From Nemertoderma westbladi (lineage: Eukaryota; Animalia; Xenacoelomorpha), in assembly GCA_032718475.1 (NCBI GenBank), contig JAUCBJ010007749.1:5291-69290 (forward strand): a DNA stretch of 64,000 bases, read 5' to 3'. The notes under the pieces were generated by a model that saw nothing but the letters and a program-made list of their open reading frames with translations, had not been told where the DNA came from and ran no database searches. A program made the translations under genes and the position numbers. Positions 13,320 to 28,000 of this stretch are shown here, one piece after another. Position 1 is the first letter of the stretch, and each line of letters starts with the position of its first letter.

Positions 13320-14520
13320 GGAAGCAGACTTTGGACGACCATATCTCCGGTACCGGTAGGCCTATTGAGTCGAAATTTTTTTTAATCTACTTAGAACACT
13401 CCAGTGAATGTTTTTTAGTTTGAAAGTTTTGCCCCAAAATGCTCAGAAGTAATTTCGAAAAAACTGATCATTTTGCGATCATGATCTTTTGACCCCCTAG
13501 AATTGAACTTTTTTATGGTCAAATTTTGGCTACCCCCCCTAATTCGAGGGTGAGGAATCTTTTTGTAATGTTAAGTTTTTTCATACGGTGAACTCACAGC
13601 ACTTGGTCTTCGAAATAAAACCGAAAACATGATCTTTCCTGATCATGGCCTGATCAAATCGCTTTTTGAAAATTTTGAAATGCTCAAAAGTTGCCCCTTC
13701 TTAATAGAAGTCGATTAGTAAAAAAAAAGTCGGGGGTCTCAAACAAAGTTTTCAAGAAAATCGGGAAAAACCGAAAAACACGATCTTTTATGATCAGGAA
13801 GCTGATCTCGAGAACTGGTTGCCCGATCGAGCCAATTTTTTTTTAATCAACTCAGAATAGACCATTGCACATTTCTTACAATGAATGTTTATTAGAAAAA
13901 TGCTTAGATTCGATTTTAAATATACTGATCTTTTCGCGATCATGATCTTGAGTTTTGACCCACTAGACTTGAACTTTTTTATGCCCAAATTTTGGCTACC
14001 CCCCATAATTCGAGGGTGAGGAATCTTTTTGTGATGTTAAGTTTTTCCATACGGTGAACTCCCAGGACTTGGTCTTTGAAATAAAACCAAAAACACGATC
14101 TTTTCTGATCGCGGCCTGATCAAATCGTTTTTTGAAAATTTCGAAATGCTCAAATGTTGCCCCTTCACCATAGAAGTCGATTCGTAAAAAAAAAATCGGG
14201 GGTCTCAAACAAAGTGTTCGAGAACATCCAAAAAAACTAAAAAATCTGATATTTAATGATCAGGTATCAGATCTCGAGAACCAGTTGTCCGATCGAGCCA
14301 ATTTTTTTTTTAATCGACTCAGGGCGGTGTTCTGAACGTTTCCTACAGTAATTGTTTATATCCAAAATGCTTAGTTCGATTTTACGAAGTCCGATCTTTG
14401 CGCGATCATGATCTTGCGTTTTGACCGGGAAGAATTCACTTTTTTTAAAATCTTTTAACGGGAATCATGACTAATGTGGGGTCGCTGAATCTTTTTGTAA
14501 TGTTAAGTTTTTCGATTGGA
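13320..14520. repeat. Tandem array of a ~460-bp unit (about 2.6 copies), probably internal to a non-autonomous DNA element spanning ~12990-14790
   Basis: The marker gcgatcatgatct recurs at 13475, 13936 and 14402, with long aligned stretches between them. Confidence 0.75.
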
Positions 14521-14964
14521 GCAAGCCTTGAGTGTCCGATTGCTGATCAAAACTGATCTTTGCTGATCATGGTCAAGATCATGATCTGACACCTCCAAAA
14601 AAAGCTCCTTGAATGTAAACCCATATGCTGCCTATCGATTGGCGCCGGTCCCAACTCCGTAGCATTAGCCGTTTTGGCTGTAGCTCCATAGCAACGTGGT
14701 TGCTAGGGAAGCGGACTTTTTGACTCAAATTGGCCCTAGCCGGAGAACCGTAGACTTTTTTAACACATTATGTATGGCGAAAAGTCTTCTGGATAAATTT
14801 TTTTTGGGGGGGGGGGGGTCTAGGAACATCCTATTGTTCGTTTTCGCTTAGTTGCTGAGATCCTCTCGTCCCCCAAATCCCAGGATTCTATAAAGGCATT
14901 CTGCTGGACTAGTTCCGTGGCCGGAATAGTGTTCGGTGTTCTGCGAACAGAGAACCTAATCGGT

Positions 14965-15220
14965 TTAGGGCCCTGACCGTCTAGCAAAACACGTTGCCAC
15001 AACATCCGTGAATTCTTTTGAAGGTATTTTAAGTCCTCCTCTGTTCAAAACTTCAACATAGTCAGATGGATTTGATTGGGATCCGAATGGGTTAGTATCA
15101 GACCCACCAGCACCACCACTATCATCTGTATAAAGGTTCGTTGGGCAACTATCGCAAGGTTGCTTAACTATTGACAGATTGTGCAACAAGAAGCCTGACA
15201 CAGTATATAGTAGGCCATGG
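14965..15220 (-). mobile_element. Possible C-terminal fragment of a P-element/THAP9-like transposase
   Basis: YTVSGFLLHNL...CDSC...LNRGGLKIPS resembles the YIAGY...CxxC...RGGLxxPS C-terminal motif of P-type transposases. The fragment is short and frameshifted. Confidence 0.45.
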
Positions 15221-15364
15221 TGTTAATTACAGAATTAAGGTACCGGTACTACCGGTATTAATTACCGGTAACGCCACAGGTGATTGGAAAAAACATTCAC
15301 CAAAAACGGAACCGAATTTTACTAGGCCCCTATGCGGGACACACTAATAAATGGGTAGGGTAAA

Positions 15365-15628
15365 CTGGGGTAAGTTGGGACAAAATCGTCCTTTATAGCT
15401 TTTTTCAGAATCTTAAAAACATTTTTTTGATAATCTGACCTTCTCAAGTATGCACCAGCACCATTGACCATGTACAGTAAGGCTACTGCAGTACCCATTC
15501 AATATCAATAATATTCAATATATTTTATTTTATATTCTATCAAACTAATTACTTAATTTTTATGTTCAAAATAATTAATTACCATTTTTTAAATAATATT
15601 CATCAGTCAGTGTCCCAAATTACCCCAG
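15365..15628. repeat. MITE-like element with 18-bp inverted repeats
   Basis: CTGGGGTAAGTTGGGACA (15365-15382) versus TGTCCCAAATTACCCCAG (15611-15628), a 17/18 match. Confidence 0.55.
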
Positions 15629-16776
15629 CATGGCTGCATGGGGCTGTGGGGTAATTTGGGAAAGAAACATAAATCGAACAGACAGACATGAGTGGTCCAT
15701 TATAATAATATTAATTATTATTATTAACACAACCCATTGTAAAATAAACATTCATGCGATAAACATAATAAATTATGCATGCACTAAATTAAAAGTAAAT
15801 TATAAAAGGGGAGAAGACCGCCCAGGACTGCACTTAGGGGGGGCCATACACTAAAAATCCAGAATGATGAATCTTTATTAATATAAAATTGACACAAACT
15901 TTGTTGAGAAATTGTACAATGCTAAACAATGCATCAATAAGACCAAAAGTGGAGATTTTAAAGACTGTTCGACACCATCAGTTCAACAGTCTCCCGCTAG
16001 AGGGCTACATATCAAAAATGAAATGTCCTCCCATCTGCCATATCTTTGCATTTAATCCGAGCAATCTGAAACTTATCATATTTGTATTAGACCATTAGCT
16101 GTCGTGTCATGTGTGTCATTCAAAAGGGGCTAATCTGTGTGCAGTGTCTATTCTGTTTGTCCATTTCCTTTCGTTGATCTTATCTTAATCGATTTACTGG
16201 TTTAAGCTGAGTCTTCTAATATAAATACCAAACCACAACTACCTGACTACATGCTGACATGGTGGTCTTTTTGAGGAAGGTGACTCATCTGCTGGGTCAG
16301 GCTGTCAGGCAGTTCTCCAGTCTGTTGCTAGGGGGCGAAATGTCTGAAAGTGAAAAAACATTCTCCCATTTCCGTGATTTTAATTCATATTTACTGAATC
16401 TTGGCAAAGTATGTATGTACTATCTAGCTATGGACCGCCTACTATATGACTATAGGCCCTACTATCTGACTATACCACATGTTGCATCTTTGTGAAGATC
16501 ATCAGTTCTTCAGACTGTCACTAGACGGCGAAATGTCTGAAAGCCAACACCTTACACTTACTTACTTATACTTACTTGTGATGCAGGGCCTAATTAAGGG
16601 ATGGTGGGTTGGGAGCCCCTTGGAGAGGAGCCCAAAATTTGATTCAATTTCATAGTGGAAACGCTCGTTTCTTAATCAGTCGAAATCTCAAAATTTTCTG
16701 AACCTTTGCCCTAGTTTATTCATGACAAATGCCGTTGAATATATTGAAAAAAAAACATAGTAATGCGGGGATAAAT

Positions 16777-17015
16777 ATAATTAATTAAATAACGAAGTTC
16801 AATGCAGTCTTTGTCTAATGAAGATAAGTTACAAAGTTGCAAGCTTTCAGGTTCAGTTGTAACACTACTCCAAGCGTATATTTTTAAAAAAATAACGATA
16901 TACTGTAGACCTGATGAACGGTTCCAACGGAACCTGAAAGCTTGCAACGTTTTAACTTACTGTATCTTCATTAGAATAAGACTGTGGGTATTGAACTTCG
17001 TTATTTTATTAAATT
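16777..17015. repeat. MITE-like hairpin with ~90-bp inverted arms
   Basis: aaataacgaagttcaat...ctaatgaagata...gttgcaagctttcaggttc is mirrored by gaacctgaaagcttgcaac...tatcttcattag...attgaacttcgttattt. Confidence 0.7.
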
Positions 17016-18896
17016 ATTATTATTATTCATTGATATCGTGCAGCATAATATATATGGTTCATTCCTACAGTAAATAGAGAGATATATAGAAGTACGTAGC
17101 ACAAAATAGACAAAGAAACGAACGTATAGTAATACTTGGGGGAATTTTTGCACATAATTAATTAATATCATTAAACAGAAGCAACGTAGTCTAACATATA
17201 TTTTATTTCTTCACCTGGCATAACTAAATCACTACATAAACAAAAGGCTAATTCATTGCAACAATTCAACTTCCATTGATCCTTTACGTTAAACAAAAAC
17301 GAACACATGGGTGAGCCACGAAGTGAGCGAAGCCTTAGCATATGGGTGCCATTAACGAGTTGTCTCCATCTCGTCGTAAATATTTGAACGCTAATAACTC
17401 GGTCATTCCTTGATGAAATTAAACGAATACATGGTTACTATTGGTACTTTAAGACACGCTCATAACGAAAAAATCATTCACGGGAAAATGCGATTTAGTA
17501 TAAGACAGAAATATCGCGCTTTGATTCTTTAGCGAACAACTAAATTATAGTCACATAATGGATTCTGCAATGAGTAGAATACCAATACTTTCTATATGCA
17601 CCTAAACAGGGGCGCTGAATTCAAAAATAACCTCTAAAATATCTTAAAGTTGACACAAATATGATTTTATCTACTCAACTATCTGTGAAACGAAAATTCA
17701 GCCTACGCAACTATAACCTATGAAACTACCCGTACTTCACACATGATATCTCGTTAACGAAACAAGGTATGGATATGGATAAACTGTTTTTAGATTTTAT
17801 ATCTTTTTTAGATTTTATTATTATTATTTATTTTTTTTATTTATTTTATTACTTCTTTTTTAGATTTGTTTTTAGATATTTTTTTCCATTGAACACAGAT
17901 ATCAAAATATCGATGAATGTGAAACACGGAAGATAAATTATGTATGAAAGTTGTTCTGTGACACTGAGAGCTTCCCGCATTTACAGTGTCCTGTCGTGGA
18001 ACTAATTAATGGCTTGATTGTTTCTATGAGATACTCAAATGTGTCGCAATCCATCCGCAGATATCGCCGATATTGATGTTGTGCATCACACTCTAATAAC
18101 TCTTGCATTATAATGCGATATAGCGATTTTCTTTGCTCCTCAGACAGCCCGTTATCACTTCACTCGCCCCATTTCTTTTTCGGTTCAACCAACAGATAGA
18201 AGAGTCAGGCAATTGCCGAGTTATTCAATAGGACATTTGACTGTAAATTGTACCTTTTTTGCAGTTTTACTGCAATTTGTATAGAATTTTAACGATTTAT
18301 GATGTTAAAAAATAGGGGCAGTGGGCAATGCGAAATGTTCCAAAATTATAGGGAGGCTGCGCAAGAATATAATAATAGCCAGCACTACTATTTTACATCA
18401 CACTAACTACAGTAAGTTGCTCTCAAAGGCCATGTTGCTGGTAAAGTTGCCGCCACGCTTAAACTGCGAAAAATTAAGTTGCTCCAAAAAGTTGCAAGTT
18501 GACGATAAAAGTTGCTCAAAAAGTTGCTACGTCTGAACCGGCCTTTAGAACAGTTAATTCTTCCAAATCGTTACACCTCAACACGAGGTAACTCAGAGAA
18601 TGCAATAATTAATTACAAATTTGGTAATTACACCATATAATATAAAATCACAATTCACAGGCTTGCATTTTTTGGCAAAGTGCAAACTCTGCACTGTGGT
18701 TGAAATTGTCACAGATTTTCTAAGGAGAGTCTCTGAATGATCTTACTTCATGCGATATTCTAAAAGATGATATTATATTTCGTTGAGATAGGAGACAGGA
18801 CAGGACTTATTTTCACCGACTTGCTGTATGTGTAGGGGATGATTATCATTATTGTTGAAAATATATTAAAATGTTTCAAAATATGAACAATTATGA

Positions 18897-18902
18897 TTTA
18901 TT
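18897..18902 (-). promoter_or_regulatory. Candidate polyadenylation signal of the giant SepSecS-like gene
   Basis: AATAAA on the minus strand ~185 nt past the TAG stop. The AT-rich context weakens the call. Confidence 0.35.
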
Positions 18903-19087
18903 AGAATAAAAGAAAAGGAGAAATACTATTCAGTAAATAGTATAATTTAAACAGTATATACATATATATATATAATATAAATATACTGTACAATACACTG
19001 CAATTGAAAGTCTCAAACAACAATCGTTTAAGAGTAATTTATAAATGAATCCCAAAGAAATATAAATTTTAAGAATAGGCCTACAAT

Positions 19088-22000
19088 CTATTTCCCACGT
19101 GAAAACAACCCTAATAACCCACTCACCACATGGCTTACAATTGAAAACTTTCTTGGTTTTCCACTTTTTGAACCATCCGTTTCATTTAAAGAGGTAACAA
19201 CATTATTAGAAGAAACCCCACCCTCTACTTGCACACACTCCCATCCTGAGTCAGTTTCTTCAGGAATGGGATCGTTGTCTGAACTGCAGTTATCCATCTC
19301 TATATCTGGAGATTCCACATGTTGTATTTTATCTATCTCTATATCAGGAGATTCCACATGTTGTATTCTATCTATCTCTATATCTGGAGATTCCACATGT
19401 TGTATTTTATCTATCTCTATATCTGGAGATTCATCATCTTGTATGTCATCTGTCTCTATAACATGAGATTCCTTATCAGTTTCTATATTAGGAGATTCCA
19501 CATGTTGTATTTTATCAGTCTCTCTAACTGGAGATTCGTCATGTTGTATGTTATCTGTCTCTATATCTGGAGATTCATCATGTTGTATGTTAATTGTCTC
19601 TATAACTGGAGATTCCTTATCAGTCTCTATATCTGGAGATTCCTTATCAGTCTCTATATCTGGAGATTCCTTATCCGTCTCTATATCTGGAGATTCCTTA
19701 TGTTGTATATTATCTGTCTCTATATCTAGAGATTCCACTTGTTGACTGTTATCTGTCTCTATATCTGGAGATTCCTTATCCGTCTCTATATCTGGAGATT
19801 CATCATGTTGTATGTTATCTGTCTCTATATCTGGAGATTCCACATGTTGTATGTTATCCGTCTCCATAACTGGAGATTCCACATGTTGTATATTATCAGT
19901 CTCTTTATCTGGAGATTCCACATGTTGTATGTTATCAGTCTCTATATCTGGAGATTTCACATGTTGTATTTTATTAGTCTCTATAACTGGAGATTCCTCA
20001 TGTTGTATGTTATCAGTCTCTATATCTGGAGATTCATCATGTTGTATGTTATCTGTCTCTATAACTGGAGATTCCTTATCAGTCTCTATATCTGGAGATT
20101 CCTCATGTTCTATGTTAACCGTCTCTATATCTGGAGATTCCTTATGTTGTATTTTATCAGTCTCTATATCTGAAGATTCCACATGTTGTATTTTATCAGT
20201 CTCTATAACTGGAGATTCTTCATGTTGTATGTTAACCGTCTCTATATCTGGAGATTCCTTATGTTGTATTTTATCAGTCTCTATATCTGGAGATTCCACA
20301 TGTTGTATTTTATCAGTCTCTCTAACTGGAGATTCGTCATGTTGTATGTTATCTGTCTCTATATCTGGAGATTCATCATGTTGCATGTTAATTGTCTCTA
20401 TAACTGGAGATTCCTTATCAGTCTCTATATCTGGAGATTCCTTATCAGTCTCTATATCTGGAGATTCCTTATCAGTCTCTATATCTGGAGATTCTTCACG
20501 TTCTATGTTAACCGTCTCTACATCTGGAGATTCCTTATGTTGTATATTATCAGTCTCTATATCAGGAGATTCTTCATGTTGTATGTTATCCATCTCTATA
20601 TCTGGAGATTCCACTTGTTGACTGTTATCAGTCTCTATATCTGGAGATTCCTTAGGCATCTCTATATCTGGAGATTCCTTATGTTGTATTTTATCAGTCT
20701 CCATAACTGGAGATTCCACATGTTGTATATTATCAGTCTCTATATCTGGAGATTCCTTATGTTGTATTTTATCAGTCTCTATAACTGGAGATTCCTCATG
20801 TTGTCTGTTATCCATCTCTATATCTGGAGATTCCACTTGTTGACTGTTATCAGTCTCTATATCTGGAGATTCCTTATGCATCTCTATATCTGGAGATTCC
20901 TTATGTTGTATTTTATCAGTCTCTATATCTGGAGATTCCACATGTTGTATATTATCAGTCTCTTTATCTGGAGATTCCACATGTTGTATTTTATCAGTCT
21001 CTATATCTGGAGATTCCACATGTTGTATGTTATCCGTCTCTATATCTGGAGATTCCTTATGTTGTATTTTATCAGTCTCTATATCTGGAGATTCCACATG
21101 TTGTATATTATCAGTCTCTTTATCTGGAGATTCCACATGTTGTATTTTATCAGTCTCTATATCTGGAGATTCCACTTGTTGTATGTTATCTGTCTCTATA
21201 TCTGGAGATTCCACATGTTGTATATTATCAGTCTCTTTATCTGGAGATTCCACATGTTGTATTTTATCAGTCTCTATATCTGGAGATTCCACATGTTGTA
21301 TGTTATCCGTCTCTATATCTGGAGATTCCTTATGTTGTATTTTATCAGTCTCTATATCTGGAGATTCCACATGTTGTATATTATCAGTCTCTTTATCTGG
21401 AGATTCCACATGTTGTATTTTATCAGTCTCTATATCTGGAGATTCCACTTGTTGTATGTTATCTGTCTCTATATCTGGAGATTCCACATGTTGTATGTTA
21501 TCCGTCTCTATATCTGGAGATTCCTTATGTTGTATTTTATCAGTCTCTATATCTGGAGATTCCACATGTTGTATATTATCAGTCTCTTTATCTGGAGATT
21601 CCACATGTTGTATTTTATCAGTCTCTATATCTGGAGATTCCACTTGTTGTATGTTATCTGTCTCTATATCTGGAGATTCCACATGTTGTATATTATCAGT
21701 CTCTTTATCTGGAGATTCCACATGTTGTATTTTATCAGTCTCTATATCTGGAGATTCCACATGTTGTATGTTATCCGTCTCTATATCTGGAGATTCCTTA
21801 TGTTGTATTTTATCAGTCTCTATATCTGGAGATTCCACATGTTGTATATTATCAGTCTCTTTATCTGGAGATTCCACATGTTGTATTTTATCAGTCTCTA
21901 TATCTGGAGATTCCACTTGTTGTATGTTATCTGTCTCTATATCTGGAGATTCCACATGTTGTATATTATCAGTCTCTTTATCTGGAGATTCCACATGTTG

Positions 22001-25000
22001 TATGTTATCCATCTCTATATCTGGAGATTCCTCATGTTGTATGTTATCCGTCTCTATATCTGGAGATTCATCATGTTGTATGTTATCTGTCTCTATATCT
22101 GGAGATTCCTCATGTTGTATGTTATCCATCTCTATATCTGGAGATTCCTCATGTTGTATATTATCAGTCTCTATATCTGGAGATTCATCATGTTGTATGT
22201 TATCTGTCTCTATAACTGGAGATTCCTTATCAGTCTCCATAACTGGAGATTCCACATGTTGTATGTTATCCATCTCTATATCTGGAGATTCCTCATGTTG
22301 TATGTTATCAGTCTCTATATCTGGAGATTCATCATCTTGTATGTCATCTGTCTCTATAATTTGAGATTCCTTACCAGTTTCTATATTAGGAGATTCCTCA
22401 TGTTGTATATTAGCAGTCTCTATATCTGGAGATTCCTCATGTTGTATGTTATTAGTCTCTATATCTGGAGATTCATCATCTTGTATGTCATCTGTCTCTA
22501 TAACTTGAGATTCCTTACCAGTTTCTATATTAGGAGATTCCTCATGTTGTATATTATCAGTCTCTATATCTGGAGATTCCTCATGTTGTATGTTATCCAT
22601 CTCTATATCTGGAGATTCCTCATGTTGTATGTTATCAGTCTCTATATCTGGAGATTCATCATCTTGTATGTCATCTGTCTCTATAACTTGAGATTCCTTA
22701 CCAGTTTCTATATTAGGAGATTCCTCATGTTGTATATTATCAGTCTCTATATCTGGAGATTCCTCATGTTGTATGTTATTAGTCTCTATATCTGGAGATT
22801 CATCATCTTGTAAGTCATCTGTCTCTATAACTTGAGATTCCTTACCAGTTTCTATATTAGGAGATTCCCCATGTTGTATATTATCAGTCTCTATATCTGG
22901 AGATTCCACATGTTGTATGTTATCCATCTCTATATCTGGAGATTTCTCATGTTGTATATTATCAGTCTCTATATCTGGAGATTCATCATGTTGTATGTTA
23001 TCCGTTTCTATATCTGGAGATTTTTTATCAGTCTCTATATCTGGAGATTCTTTATCCGTCTCTATATCTGGAGATTCTTTATCCGTCTCTATATCTGGAG
23101 ATTTCTTATCCGTCTCTATATCTGGAGATTCATCATGTTGTATGTTATCCGTCTCTATATCTGGAGATTCCTCATGTTGTATGTTATCTGTCTCTATATC
23201 TGGAGATTCATCATGTTGTATGTTATCAGTCTCTATATCTGGAGATTCATCATGTTGTATGTTATCTGTCTCTATAACTGGAGATTCCGTATCATTCTCT
23301 ATTTCTGGAGATTCCTCATGTTGTATATTATCAGTCTCCATATCTGGAGATTCCACATGTTGTATATTATCCGTCTCTATATCTGAAGATTTCTTATCAA
23401 TCTCTATATCTGGAGATTCTTTATCAGTCTCTATATCTAGAGATTCCTCATGTTGTATATTATCAGTCTCTATATCTGGAGATTCATCATGTTGTATGTT
23501 ATCTGTCTCTATAACTGGAGATTCCTTATCATTCTCTATAACTGGAGATTCCTCATGTTGTATATTATCAGTCTCCATATCTGGAGATTCCACATGTTGT
23601 ATATTATCAGTCTCTATATCTGGAGATTCCACATGTTGTATGTTATCCATCTCTATATCTGGAGATTCCTCATGTTGTATATTATCAGTCTCTATATCTG
23701 GAGATTCATCATGTTGTATGTTATCTGTCTCTATAACTGGAGATTCCTTATCATTATCTATATCTGGAGATTCCACATGTTGTATTTTATCAGTCTCTAT
23801 ATCTGGAGATTCCTTATGTTGTATTTTATCAGTCTCCATAACTGGAGATTCCCCATGTTGTCTGTTATCCGTCCCTATATCTGGAGATTCCTCATGTTGT
23901 AAATTATCAGTCTCTATATCTGGAGATTCCTTATCATTCTCTATTTCTGGAGATTCATCATGTGGTATATTATCAGTCTCTATATCTGGAGATTCATCAT
24001 GTTGTATGTTATCCGTCTCTATACCTGGAGATTCCTCATGTTGTATATTATCAGTCTCTATATCTGGAGATTCCTCATGTTGTATATTATCTGTCTCTAT
24101 AACTGGAGATTCGTCATGTTGTATGTTATCTGTCTCTATATCTGGAGATTCATCATGTTGTATGTTATCTGTCTCTATATCTGGAGATTCATCATGTTGT
24201 ATATTATCAGTCTCTATATCTGGAGATTCCTCATGTAGTATGTTATCTGTCTCTATAACTGGAGATTCGTCATGTTGTATGTAATCTGTCTCTATAACTG
24301 GAGATTCCTTATGTTGTATGTTATCAGTCTCTATATCTGGAGATTCCTCATGTTCTATGTTAACCGTCTCTATATCTGGAGATTCCACATGTTGTATTTT
24401 ATCCGTCTCTATAACCGGAGATTCCTCATGTTGTATATTATCAGTCTCTATATCTGGAGATTCCTCATGTTGTATATTATCTGTCTCTATATCTGGAGAT
24501 TCATCATGTTGTATGTTATCTGTCTCTATATCTGGAGATTCCTTATGTTGTATATTATCAGTCTCTATATCTGGAGATTCCTCATGTTGTATGTTATCTG
24601 TCTCTATAACTGGAGATTCGTCATGTTGTATGTTATCCGTATCTATATCGGGAGATTCCACTTGTTGACTGTTATCCGTATCTATATCTGGAGATTCCTC
24701 ATGTTGTATCTTATCTGTCTCTATAACTGGAGATTCCTTATCCTTCTCTATATCTTGAGATCCCTTATCCGTCTCTATAACCGGAGATTCCTCATGATGT
24801 ATGTTATCCGTCTCTATATCTGGAGATTCCACTTGTTGACTGTTATCTTTCTCTATATCTGTAGAATCCTCATGTTGTATGTTATCAGTCTCTATACCTG
24901 GAGATTCCTTATGTTGTATTTTATCAGTCTCTATACCTGGAGAATCCTCATGTTGTATGTTATCAGTCTCTATATCTGGAGATTCGTTATGTTGTATTTT

Positions 25001-28000
25001 ATCAGTCTCTATATCTGGAGATTCCACATGTTGTATTTTATCAGTCTCTATATCTGGAGATTCCTTATGTTGTTTGTTATCCATCTCTATACCTGGAGAA
25101 TCCTCATGTTGTATGTTATCAGTCTCTATATCTGGAGATTCCTTATGTTGTATTTTATCAGTCTCTATATCTGGAGATTCCACATGTTGTATTTTATCAG
25201 TCTCTATATCTGGAGATTCCACATGTTGTATTTTATCAGTCTCTATATCTGGAGATTCCACTTGTTGTATTTTATCAGTCTCTATACCTGGAGAATCCTC
25301 ATGTTGTATGTTATCAGTCTCTATACCTGGAGATTCCTTATGTTGTATTTTATCAGTCTCTATACCTGGAGAATCCTCATGTTGTATGTTATCAGTTTCT
25401 ATATCTGGAGATTCCTTTTGTTGTATTTTATCAGTCTCTATATCTGGAGATTCCACATGTTGTATTTTATCAGTCTCTATATCTGGAGATTCCTTATGTT
25501 GTTTGTTATCCATCTCTATACCTGGAGAATCCCCATGTTGTATGTTATCAGTCTCTATATCTGGAGATTCATCATGTTGTATGTTATCAGTCTCTATATC
25601 TGGATATTCCTCATGTTGTATTTTATCAGTCTCTATAACTGGAGATTCCTTATGTTGTATTTTATCAGTCTCCATAACTGGAGATTTCACATCTTGTATA
25701 TTATCAGTCTCTATATCTGGAGATTCCTTATCCATCTCTATATCTGGAGATTCCTTATGTTGTATTTTATCAGTCTCCATAACTGGAGATTCCACATGTT
25801 GTATATTATCAGTCTCTATATCTGGAGATTCCTTATCCATCTCTATTTCTGGAGATTCCTTATGTTGTATTTTATCAGTCTCCATAACTGGAGATTCCAC
25901 ATGTTGTATATTATCAGTCTTTATATCTGGAGATTCCTTATGTTGTATGTTATCCATTTCTATATCTGGAGATTCCTTATGTTGTATGTTATCCATCTCT
26001 ATATCTGGAGATTCCACTTGTTGACTGTTATCAGTCTCTATATCTGGAGATTCCTCATGTTGTATGTTATCTTTCTCTATATCTGGAGATTCCTTATGTT
26101 GTATTTTATCAGTCTCTATAACTGGAGATTCCACATGTTGTATATTATCAGTCTCTATATCTGGAGATTCCTTTTCCATCTCTATATCTGGAGATTCCTT
26201 ATGTTGTATTTTATCAGTCTCCATAACTGGAGATTCCACATGTTGTATATTATCAGTCTTTATATCTGGAGATTCCTTATGTTGTATGTTATCCATTTCT
26301 ATATCTGGAGATTCCTTATGTTGTATGTTATCCATCTCTATATCTGGAGATTCCACTTGTTGACTGTTATCAGTCTCTATATCTGGAGATTCCTCATGTT
26401 GTATGTTATCTTTCTCTATATCTGGAGATTCCTTATGTTGTATGTTATCCATCTCTATATCTGGAGATTCCACTTGTTGACTGTTATCAGTCTCTATATC
26501 TGGAGATTCCTCATGTTGTATGTTATCTTTCTCTATATCTGGAGATTCTTTATGTTGTATGTTATCCATCTCTATATCTGGAGATTCCACTTGTTGACTG
26601 TTATCAGTCTCTATATCTGGAGATTCCTCATGTTGTATGTTATCTTTCTCTATATCTGGAGATTCCTTATGTTGTATGTTATCCATCTCTATATCTGGAG
26701 ATTCCACTTGTTGACTGTCATCAGTCTCTATATCTGGAGATTCCTTATCCATCTCTATATCTGGAGTTTCCTTATGTTGTATTTTATCAGTCTCCATAAC
26801 TGGAGATTTCACATCTTGTATATTATCAGTCTCTATATCTGGAGATTCCTTATGTTGTATGTTATCCATCTCTATATCTGGAGATTCCACTTGTTGACTG
26901 TCATCAGTCTCTATATCTGGAGATTCCTTATCCATCTCTATATCTGGAGTTTCCTTATGTTGTATTTTATCAGTCTCCATAACTGGAGATTTCACATGTT
27001 GTATATTATCAGTCTCTATATCTGGAGATTCCTCATGTTCTATGTTTTCCGTCTCTATATCTGGAGATTCCTCATGTTCTACATTATCAGTCTCTATATC
27101 TGGAAATTCCTCATGTTGTATGTTATCAGTCTCTACACCTGGAGAATCCTCATGTTGTCTGTTATCAGTCTCTATAACTGGAGATTCCTTATGTTGTATG
27201 TTATCAGTCTCTATATCTAGAGATTCCTCATGTTGTATGTTATCAGTCTCTATATCTAGAGATTCCACTTGTTGTAAGTTATCAGTCTCTATAACTGGAG
27301 TTTCTTTATCATTATCTTTATCTGGAGATTCATCATGTTGTATGTTATCCGTCTCTATATCTGGAAATTCCTCATGTTGTATATTATCAGTCTCTATAAC
27401 TGGAGATTCCTTATCATTCTCTATATTTGGGGATCCCTTATCAGTCTCTATAACTTGAGATTCCTCATGTTGTATGTTATTAGTCTCTATACCTGGAGAA
27501 TCCTCATGTTCTCTGTTATCAGTCTCTATATCTGGAGATTCCTTATGTTGTATATTATCAGTCTCTATATCTGGAGATTCCTCATGTTCTACATTATCAG
27601 TCTCTATATCTGGAAATTCCTCATGTTGTATGTTATCAGTCTCTACACCTGGAGAATCCTCATGTTGTCTGTTATCAGTCTCTATAACTGGAGAGTCCTC
27701 ATGTTGTATATTATCAGTCTCTATAACTGGAGATTCCTTATCATTCTCTATATCTGGGGATCCCTTATCAGTCTCTATAACTTGAGATTCCTCATGTTGT
27801 ATGTTATTAGTCTCTATACCTGGAGAATCCTCATGTTCTCTGTTATCAGTCTCTATATCTGGAGATTCCTTATGTTGTATATTATCAGTCTCTATACCTG
27901 GAGAATCCTCATGTTGTCTGTTATCAGTCTCTATAACTGGAGAGTCCTCATGTTGTTTATTATCAGTCTCTATAACTGGAGATTCCTTATGTTGTATATT

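Noticed and set aside
18600-19087. SECIS element or Sec recoding associated with the SepSecS-like gene
   Set aside because: The ORF has no in-frame TGA and ends in TAG, and I could not see a SECIS-like stem in the AT-rich 3' region.
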